A DNA stretch of 64,000 bases from positions 62,001 to 126,000 of the forward strand of contig NIVC01002274.1 in NCBI GenBank assembly GCA_002269645.1, in the 5' to 3' direction. How positions within the stretch are numbered: the stretch's first letter is position 1; each line of letters begins with the position of its first letter. This document shows, in pieces, positions 13,428 to 23,500 of the stretch. The DNA comes from Macrostomum lignano. Its lineage: Eukaryota. The translations under genes were made by a program, and so were the position numbers. The notes under the pieces are model-generated. The model was not told the DNA's origin and made no database searches. It worked only from the letters and a program-made list of their open reading frames with translations.

Positions 13428-15529
13428 TGTAATCCAATTATAACTGACAATTCAATGTACATTTTGCAATATTAAAATCTATTTATTATACATAATTTGC
13501 ATTGTAATACTGCTGTATTTATCAGAATCTATTTGCTGTATATAATTCAATGTACATAGAGCATTTTTGTATTGTGTGTGGCGAAATTGCCAATGTAAAA
13601 ATCTATTGTACATATTTTGCATGTCAAACCTGTTTAAAATCATTTATGAAGAGAAAATTATTGAAAAACAATGTAAAATTTTCTGTATATTCTATTTGCT
13701 GGTGATGGTGTACATGTCTCGATTCCTGTAATATGCTACTGATTAAATGTAAATATATCTTCATTGTAAATACTTATACATGATGTGCGCTACACGGTTA
13801 GTTGACTCATTTGGTAGTAGATGAGATTAGTAATTCTCCCCTCTGTGTACATGTAGTATTGTACATGTAATTTTGGTGCGCGCGCGCTGGGGATGACACT
13901 GTAGATTAATGTAAGTGTACATATAGAATTGGGGATAGACATGGACATTTGAGATAGGGATTAATGTACATGGAATTAATGTACATATCCATTTTGAGAT
14001 AGATAGGGATTATTGAACATGGAATTAATGTACAATTTGAGATAGATAGGGATTAATGTACATGGAATTAATATGAGCACATGGTTATTACGACTACATA
14101 TTGCCATATCATCTGATTAAATGTAAATATATCTTCATTGTAAATACTTATACATGATGTACGCTACACGGTTAGTTGACTCATTTGGTAGTAGATGAGA
14201 TTAGTAATTCTCACCTCTGTGTACATGTAGTATTGTACGTGTATTTTTGGTGCGCGCGCGCTGGGGATGACACTGTAGATTAATGTGAGTGTACATGTAG
14301 AATTGGGGGATAGACAATTTGGGATATGGATTAATGTACATATCCAATTTGAGATAGATGGGGATTAATGTACATGGAATTAATGTACATATATGAACAC
14401 ATGGATTATTACAACTACATATTGCCATATCACGCTTAGGATAGCGTTTTTGTATACTACTTACTTCATTTTCAGATAGTAGTATAATTTGCGTTTTTTG
14501 CGTCAAATCTGCCTAAAAACCCTGCAGAATTGGCGCGATACGTAGTGTCCCCTTTTCAGTCTGCAATGATCCCTTCAACAGTCTGCAGTTCCCCTCAGTA
14601 GTCTGCAGTCAATTCATTTGCAGTCAGCAAGTGTTTCCTTAATAATTCTCATTTATCCCCTCAGCAGTCTGCAGTTCTCTCAGCTGGCCCCTCAGTATTC
14701 TCAGCAAACTGCAATGATCTTTTCAATGATTTAAAATTTTGCTCAGCATTTACGACGGCGCACTAATCAATTTTCGATACATATTGGCAGTCTTGCGCAA
14801 CTCAGCATTTAGCAATACCTCAGCAGTTTAGCAGCATCGTCTACTGCAGTGATCCTTTCAACAATGTAGAAATTAGCTCAGCATTTTATGGCTCACTAAT
14901 CGATTTTCGATACATATCGGCAATCTTTTGCACCATTCATCATTTAGCAATACCTCAGCAGTTTAGCAGCATCATCTGCAGTTTAGTAATTTAATCCCCT
15001 GCAGTTTAGTAAAATCTACTTCTATATACCTAGATAATAACAATTAATGGGATCTTAGGATTTTACAAATCAAATCAAATTTGCTTAGTGGCTTGTGCGA
15101 GTAGCAAAAGTAAATTATTGTAATTAATAAAAAAATTTCAATTAGAATTAATCAAAAAATGTTCAAAATAGTCGAGGCAGAAGCTACTAATGAAAGAATT
15201 TATTTAATTTTAATTATCCGCTGGGGAGGCGGACTCGAACCTTGGACCTTATGCCTAGCCTAAACCTAGTCCTAGTGCCTACACTGCGGCTATTCCGCCT
15301 ACTAATCGGAGGGTGCAAAAATCAGCCATATATGCTTCGGCACTGCAGTCAAATACACAGCAGTGATAGGCTACTCAGTGTGCACAGGTTGTATGCAGGC
15401 AGAGCCAATGCACAGTTGAGTGAAATCTATAAATAGCAATTGTCTATGCAGTCAGCCAGGGTCAGAATGTACACACGCAGCCACTGAGCATTATTTTACT
15501 CTCCCTTATTGCAGCCAGTATTGAGGCGT

Positions 15530-15870
15530 ACACAGTGAACAGAGAAAAGTTGTGGCGCAATCTTAATTGGAATTGAAATTCAGTTAGTGAGATTTTGACC
15601 TTTTCTAGCTTTCCATTGAAAGCATTGGGAAAACTCGTTTTTCGAATATTTAACCAACTTCCCATTCGAATTTTTCAATGCAATTACACCCACACAATCT
15701 CACAAGAATTTTGAGTTGAATAAAGCAAGTTTGAAAAAAATCGGTTCAGGCATTCAGGCTGTAGACTGAAATACCGGTCAAACAAACCTTAGAGATTTAG
15801 TATATTGTGATTGTGATGATGATGAAAATACCGGTCAAACAAACCTTAGAGATTTAGTATATTGTGATTG
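15530..15870. mobile_element. Remnant of the same Helitron-like family, with its terminal ~60 bp duplicated in tandem
   Basis: Similar to 5220-5552. AAATACCGGTCAAACAAACCTTAGAGATTTAGTATATTG occurs twice; the core CAAACCTTAGAGATTTAGTATATT recurs at ~54817. Confidence 0.45.
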
Positions 15871-16149
15871 TGATGATGATTGGCTTTGGCTATATAGCTT
15901 AAGAATTATTCGGAATCGTCAAACAAAAAGTAACTATTCGAACCAATTACTTTAAGTACTGCTTAACTCGTTGCTTCATATATAAAAACCTCCAAGGGGT
16001 CGAGGAACCTTTTTTCTAAGCAAATCTTTGGAGAGCCTAAGGCTCTATGAAAAAATACACTACGAAGATAAAAAAGTGCATTTATTAGTCTTCTTCACAT
16101 TTAAAGCAAAAAAATGTTCCACTTTAGTATTATTATTATGCTTGCTTAG

Positions 16150-16256
16150 GTTACTGGTCAAGTCGGTGACAAGACATTTCGGTGACAAGTTTGGAAACTT
16201 AGGTGACAAGTTTGGATACTTCGGTGACAAGTCTTGTCACTGACTTGACCAGTAAC
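16150..16256. mobile_element. ~107-bp MITE-like element with 26-bp TIRs and internal GGTGACAAG repeats
   Basis: GTTACTGGTCAAGTCGGTGACAAGAC ... GTCTTGTCACTGACTTGACCAGTAAC; no clear TSD. Confidence 0.6.
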
Positions 16257-17126
16257 TGTTGTTTACAGTTAACACTAGGGCCTATCTATAATATCAAAAA
16301 ATGCTATAGGCATAGCTTTTTTATTGATTTCTGCTAAGCTTTAGTTGTCAAACCAAGGTTCAACTAATTACTGATTCATTTAATTTATGCTTATTTGTAT
16401 AGGCAAGTTTAAATGTCCTTACAAACACAATGTTGCATTTTTTCCAATGTTTGGCACCATTGTCATTAATAAAAATCTTAACTTCCATTAATGACAAAGG
16501 TGTTAGAATTAAAACAAAAAATCCTAACTTATTAGGCCTAACTCTTGATTTTGTTAATAAGTGCTAATATTAACATAGAACATGCAGGAATTTTGCACTT
16601 TTTTCAAACAAAATTCATAATGTATTCTCTGCTTTTCTATCTTTTAGTTAAGCTAGCTAACACAGAGACTACACAGAGGTTAGGCTTATCAAAGCAATAG
16701 GAAAAAATTATCATTTTAGTGTCGCAGGCACTCATTTGAGTGCCATAAGCACTCATTTTAATGCCATAGACACTCATTTTAGGCATTTTGACCTAGGATC
16801 CATGCATTTTAGTGCTGCAAGCACTCATTTTAGTGCCCCACACTCTTGAATCTGTTATATGGTATGCCGGAAAAAATGACCCCTTATGCCATAAATTTAA
16901 GTTTATGCCAGAAAAAAATTTTGTATATGATATATACGCCGGAACAAAATTGCCATGTTATGCCAAATTGAAACTCAAATTTTAGGTCCCTTTTCTTTTT
17001 GAGTAAAATGACCTTTTACTTTAATAAACACAAAAATCTAGGAATAAATAAATAGTAACTGTTATATAGTGTTTTTTGTTTTGTATTTTGTTTTAAAATT
17101 TTGTTTGTAAAAACATTTTTAAACAT

Positions 17127-17351
17127 TTTTTACTTGCACTAATATGCACTATGCTTTCTATAGTCAGCACTAATAAATTTTTTACATCCACTGACTAGGC
17201 CCACAAGGGGGGATAATATCTTCACTTACTCTATGCTACTACCTATGGTGCTAAAATGAGTATCTGTACTAATAGTGCCATAGGCAGTGGGTGTAAAAAA
17301 TTAATTAGTGCTGACTATAGAAAGCATAGTGCATATTAGTGCAAGTCAAAA
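17127..17351. mobile_element. Foldback/MITE-like element with ~65-bp inverted repeats
   Basis: ACTTGCACTAATATGCACTATGCTTTCTATAGTCAGCACTAAT at ~17132 is the reverse complement of ATTAGTGCTGACTATAGAAAGCATAGTGCATATTAGTGCAAGT ending at ~17346. Confidence 0.65.
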
Positions 17352-18119
17352 ATTAACTAATAGACTTGCATTTCAAAAAAATTTTCATATAGTATAACAA
17401 TCAATAAAAAGAAGTTTTTTTTCTAATATTTACTATTTTCTGAATTTGAGTGTTTGGTATTTTCATAGAATTGGAAACTTGACTGGCCATTTAAAGCTAC
17501 CAAGCACCTATATATTTGATTTATGGTGCTTCATTTTCCTGTGAACTGCCCATTGGGCTAGAAAGTACAAATAGCAGCAGCCTAGGTTTATTTTTTGTGT
17601 AAAGTGTGCGTATCCAGCGTATGCACCTTAAATTTTAAAATTGCACCCTGAAATTAAAACAGGTGCAGTTTAGATGTGGTCTCATAATCTATTTTTCTAT
17701 TAAAGTCTCATTTGCACTGCCTTTAAATAAGAAAAAAGAGAAATTGCACTTTGAGCCTTAAAATTATACCATGAAAGTATAGGGTGCAATTTTGCACCTT
17801 GTCTCGGGTGAAAAAGAAAACCCTGGCAGCAGCACCAGACTTGATTTAAATTGCGTAACCATATTGTTAACTGATACTGACTGACTGAGAAATTGATTAT
17901 CATAACTGCTTCGTGTGATTTACTCTATGCTTGGATTTTAAAGTGTTGAATTATATAAGTGCAAAATTTAATGTTGTCGAAACGATGAAAGGTAGCCTAG
18001 AGAGGTGAACAAACTGAACTGCTAAATGCAGCAACAATGGTTCAAATTTTCATAGAGTATAATTTTTTTAATTAAAGCTTTTCAACGTCAGGAAAACTAA
18101 GACTTTTTAAAAAGAAGTG

Positions 18120-18530
18120 TCATGTAAAAAATCATAGAAACAACATTTAAAAAATCATAGAAGTGTCATGTAAAAATCATAAAGTGTCATGTAAAAAATC
18201 ATAGAAGCGTCATATAAACAATCATAGAAGCATCATGTAAACAATCATAAAAGCGTCATGTAAACAATCATAGAAGCATCATGTAAACAGTCATAGAAGC
18301 TTTATGTAAAAAATCATCGAAGCGTCATCTAAATAGTCATAGAAGCGTCATGAAAAAATCATAGGAGTGTCATGAAAAAATCATAGAAGCGTCATGAAAA
18401 AATCATAAAAGTGTCATAAAAAATCATAGAAGCCTCATTTAAAAACTAATGAAAGTGTCATTTAAAAAATTAAAAAGCATCATGGTAGAATAAAAGAAGC
18501 GTCGTGTCAGACATGAAGGGTGTCATGTAA
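18120..18530. repeat. Degenerate ~23-bp AT-rich tandem repeat (AAAATCATAGAAGCGTCATGTAA)
   Basis: Read directly. Confidence 0.85.
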
Positions 18531-19335
18531 AAATTAAATAAAGCTATAATGCTATGCTGGGGTGAAAAACTGAGACGTAAAGGCTCTCAGAGAATAACTG
18601 AGATTATGGGGGGTTTCTGAGATGTCAAAGCAAAAGTCAGAAGCTACTTCAAACTTCACGTACTTTACTCAATTTTTTATTGCATTCTTTGTTGGCTTGC
18701 CACAAGGGGTGCTGATAGAAGAAGAGTCATGTAAAAAAAAAGTAGCACTATGTATACATAAAAGAAAAGTCATGTCGAAGTTAAAAGATTCATTTGGGAA
18801 TTGCTACGATGTCAAAGCTTGGTGGAAATCGTTATAGTGCTATGATTTTTAAAGAAGGAATCAATAAAATGTCAAGGCTTAGGGGAGAAGAATTGCTGAG
18901 ATTTCAAGGCTTTAGGTTGGGTTAAAGTTAGGTTTAGGTCAGGTGTGGGTTGAGGGTTGTATTCTATCAGGTTTCAAGGTTAACAGGGGATTTTTTAGAT
19001 TTCAAGGTTTATGGGGGGCATCGCTGACCTGTCAAGGCTTACGGGGGGAATAGCTGAGATGTCAAGGCTCACGGGGGTATAAATGAGATTTCAAGGCTGA
19101 AGTCAAAAGCTATATGTAGTTTATTGAAAACTTTTTATTACATTATTTGATGACTCCTCAGGGAAGGGATCGCTGATAAAAAAGCATAATGTAAAAAAAT
19201 AAAAGAAGCTTCATGTTGAAGTTAAGAGATTCATTTGGGAATCCCTACGATGTCAAGGCTTGCAGGGAATCAATATAAATACTGCAGTAGTGCTATAATG
19301 ACTCTTAGAGAGAATTACTGAAATGTCAATGCTTT

Positions 19336-19400
19336 AGGGTTAGGCTAGGGTTAGGGTTAGGGTTAGGGTTAAGCTAGGGTTAGGCTAGGGTTAGGGTTAG
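19336..19400 (+). repeat. Short interstitial (TTAGGG)n-like tract
   Basis: About 10 TTAGGG/CTAGGG/TTAGGC hexamers inside a degenerate GAGATGTCAAGGCTT repeat region. Confidence 0.75.
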
Positions 19401-20552
19401 AAGGTTGACAGATATTTTTAGATTTCCCAGGCTTATTGGGGGCATTGCTGAGATGTCAAGGGGGGAAGTTGATATGTTAAAGCTTGTGGGGGGGGAATTA
19501 CTGACATGTCAAGGCTTACAAGGTTTGACAAGAGATTTTTTAAGATTTCAAGGATACATGTAGCTTATTAAAAAAAATGTGTGTTGCATTTCTTTGGCTC
19601 CCCAATGGGAATATAAATTTCTATTTTTCTTTTTATAAAAAGTTGTTTTTTACAAAAATCCTTAACTTGGCATTTTTTTGCTTAAACCTTTAAAGTATAG
19701 AAACCTATGAAAATATATAAAAATGTACTAAGCATTTAGGTAAACTTTGATCTTATTCCTAGATGTATTATAATATAAAGAATCTATAGCAAATTTAACT
19801 ATTCAATTGCTTACTTTCAAGCCTTAATGTAATAAAAAGCAAGCTTTTAGGCTTTATACAATTTATTGAGTTAATTATATTGTAGAAGATATATTATAGA
19901 AATGAAAATTATGAAAATGGCTTACTTAATATAAGGCATATTTAGCTATGTCAAGACAATTTATAGTTTAAAGTACCCAATTCAAAAGTTTTTGTACTAT
20001 TATTATTATATTATATGGTAAAAATCAATGTTTGTTTTTTATTATTAATGTGGCAATATGTATTTTTGAGTAAAAAATAGTCAAGCCTAGACCTAAACCC
20101 TAGTTTTTCACGTATTAAATTTGCAACTGAAGATAACAAATTAAAAGCCACGATGCCAGTAGGCATTAATAAAATGATTTAAAATTTGAAACAAAAGCAA
20201 TTTACTAGAATCAAAGAGGACCAAAAACTTATACAAGTGACCAAAAAACAAGCAACTGTCAAAAAAGAGCATCAATAAATTCAAACCAAAGAGAGAGCAA
20301 ATGCTTAACTATGTTTCCAAAGGCTTCTATGATGCTCGTACAATAGAATTTAGGAGGTTGTGTATAGCTTGTATGTGTCTCTGATCTACAAAAATTGTAG
20401 AAACTCCATATCTACATACAGATAAATAGATTTTGATAGCAGATACAATGCTTGAAACTATGAGATTGCAGGATCTATTTTTAATATAGTACTGTTGAGC
20501 CTAATATAATATTGCAGAGGAAACTGTAAATGTGACCTCGTTCGTTTTAGTC

Positions 20553-23500
20553 ATGTCAAAAGCAAATATGAAGCAATCGGTTTGGGAGCGGATCAAGGAT
20601 CAAAAGTGCCCGTCAGAGCAGGACACTAAGCTAGAGCGCGAGCGCCAGCGAAAGGAGGAGCGCGAGCGTCAGCACCAGCTGCAGCTGCAGGGGCAGCGCG
20701 ATGCCGAACGCTCGGCGAAGCAGGCGGAGGCCGTCGAGTCGATTGTCGAGCTGGTGCGCGTGGCCGCCGAGCGCCTGTCGATGCCGCTGCGTCCAGCCCA
20801 CTTGGCCCAATCCTTCGAGATCTTCTACAAGCAGCCGTTTCCGCTGGACCTGTTCGACCGCAGCTCGGCCGAGGAGGTGGCCGTCAACCTGGCGCTGTCC
20901 GGTCGGCTCGTCTTGGACTCGAAGCGGTGCCTGCGGGTCGCCAGCAACGCCATGGTCGAGTCGGCAAAGTGCAGCGCATCGGCGTCAAAGCGGCAGCTGA
21001 GTCTGCCTGCTGAGGTGAAAAAGCGGCTGCTGTGCATCGCCTACGTTTATCCCGGCCTGCCAGTTCTCCTGCTGCCCGAGAAGTACCGGGAGGAGTGAGT
21101 GCGACTAGCCTTGCCTAGTGGCATAAACTTTGCCTTGATATTTTTCTGAATTATTTTCCTCTTTTAATATTCTTTGCGCATATTTAGTATTGACGCCGCT
21201 TTCATTCGGCATTAATCTCACGCTTTCCACTCTGATTTGTAACTATCTGCGGACGCCACAGTGAAACTGCTGCTGCCTTTATCCCGCAGTTTCAACTGCC
21301 AGCTGCCCAGCTTCTCCAGCATGGGCTGCAACAATCTGTTGGATCTGCTGCGCCAAATCCCGGGCATAGTGCTGATGAAAAATCCCATTGACCCGGATCT
21401 CCGCATCGCCGTGTACGGCACGCGGCTGCCCAACCTGCCGAAGGCGCCGCCGTTTCCCGAGAACTGCGTGCCTCCCGGCTACCGGCTGCCCGTCGAGCGC
21501 ATGCGGCGGCCGCGGCAGCCCGCTGTTGGCACCGAAGTGAGCGCGCACTACCTGCTGCAGCAGCAGTACAACGTGCTGGTGCCGCTGGCCTCAAACTCGG
21601 GCCCGGGCCGCTTCTTCGTGATTCCACACGGCGAGGTGTCGAACCGCCTTGACAAGCTGATGGAGCAGCTGGACTCGGCTGAGCACCCGCCAATGCCGGA
21701 GGTGTACACCAGGCCTGATCAGCTGTGCGTGGCCATCACCAAGCAGGGCTGTCGGCGGGTGAGAATCGTCAGTCATGCTGCCGACGGCTCCGCTGACCGA
21801 CGGCTGGTGGAGGATGTCGACTACGGAGAGCTGCTGACTGTTGGCGTGTCCGACCTGCGCTGCATGCACCGGAGGTTCGCGGAGGGAGTCCCCGCCCACG
21901 CAATTCTGTGCCGACTGGCCTTTCTGATTCCGAATGGCGGAGCCGCCCAGTTTGATGAGGCCGCCGTGAAAGAGTTCCACCGAATCACTCAGGACGTGCT
22001 GCTCAAGCTGACTGTGGATCTTGAGCCCCCAGCTGATCAGGTTGGTTCCTTTGCTGTCATATTTAATCTGCAAGTTATTACATTGATTGATGGGTCTGCA
22101 ACTTTGCTCTTCAGCCGCACGCGCCCTACTCTGTGTATCTGGATGGAGAGATGGGCTCTTTCTTGGAATTTTTCAGCAGACAGTCGCTCGGACTGCTGCC
22201 GATTCAGGTGAGTGATTTATTACTGTTGTACAGGTGATTGCTGGTAGTTAAAAGCGCTTGACAATGTATAATACCGCTTCGTGCTGAAACTTCAGATTGA
22301 CTTCAAGCAGAAGGCTTTCGCACCGCTGGGCAAGGTGGACAGGCTCTGCAAGCCAGACGGCAAGAACGGTAAATAATGAGTTTTGTATTGGGCCTGTAGG
22401 CCTCAGTGGGGATTTATATTGAAACTCTGCCTACTTTTGCAAAGTCGGACAATGTTTGTCATTCCCCGGTCCCGTAGCCGCTCAATGCGAGCCCGAGGCC
22501 AGCGTGCGCACCGGCGGCCACTCCGACATCGAAGAGGTCGGCACCGATGCGGAAGCGGGCAGCAGCCGCGCCATGACGCCCGGCAGCGAAGCTGGCGATG
22601 ACCTCGACGAGAACCTGCAGGAATATAATCATAACCAAGATTATGAGCAGCAGCACTATGAACGTCAAGATTATGAGCAGCAGAACTATGAGCGTCAAGA
22701 TTATGAGCAGCAGAACTATGAGCGTCAAGATTATGAGCAGCAGGACTATGAGCGTCAAGATTATGAGCAGCAGAACTATGAGCGTCAAGATTATGAGCAG
22801 CAGGAGGACTATGAGCGTCAATATTATGAGCAGCAGGGCTATGAGCATCAGGCTGATAATGAGTGGCAGGATTATGAGCCGCAGGCCGATGATGAGCAGC
22901 ATCAGGATTATGAGCAGCAGCAGGATTTTGAGCGGCAGTGTTGTGAGCAGCCGTGTTCCGAACCAATAAGATTCCCGTCTGAAGTCGGCGATAAACTAAC
23001 CTTCAACATGAATGAAGCCCCAGGCGAAAAAAGATCATTTGCGGTCGCAAACCGGTGTAGTGATCTGACTAGACGGGTTAAAGCCACGGATTTACAGAGT
23101 AAGTATTGTGCCTGTAAAGTGGAATAATTTAAGCTTTACACTTTCTAGGATGCATAATTGCATTGCATCTTTGTCTTGTTGTTTGTGTTGTGTTTGTTTT
23201 TAATTGGAATTCGTGAGTTCCAAGTTCCCAAACGGGAAGGGGAGTTTTTGTTCCTAATACGTAGTTAAGCTTTAAGCAGTATGGTACTGCTCACGTTCGG
23301 ATTGCTTATGACTAAATCTAATTGACTATGCTTTGGACTTCAACCAGTCTCATGAAATATATGTTATTACTAGTGGAAATGAATACGAACAGGGCAACTT
23401 AGTTTAGGTTAGGACAGGAGATGTCAGATGGGCACAATGCCGAAAGTACAGGTAGTTTATGATAAAAATCTGATTATCAATCGAAATGAGAGTCGCAAAG

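Larger units (their letters stand above)
6843..14547. mobile_element. 7.7-kb palindromic DNA transposon-like element with CAC...GTG termini (Chapaev/CACTA CMC-like), 4-bp TSD and ~3.2-kb inverted arms carrying pPolB
   Basis: Left end TCCC|CACTACGTATCGCGCCAATTCTGCAGGG; right end CCCTGCAGAATTGGCGCGATACGTAGTG|TCCC. Arms 6843-10021 and 10994-14547 are reverse complements, with a ~970-bp spacer. Both flanks belong to the same degenerate CAGTCTGCAG repeat. No transposase seen inside. Confidence 0.85.

Noticed and set aside
6843-14547. Calling the palindrome an ordinary Polinton/Maverick
   Set aside because: Termini are CAC/GTG with a 4-bp TSD, there is no integrase, ATPase, protease or capsid, and the polymerase is truncated and lies inside the inverted arms.
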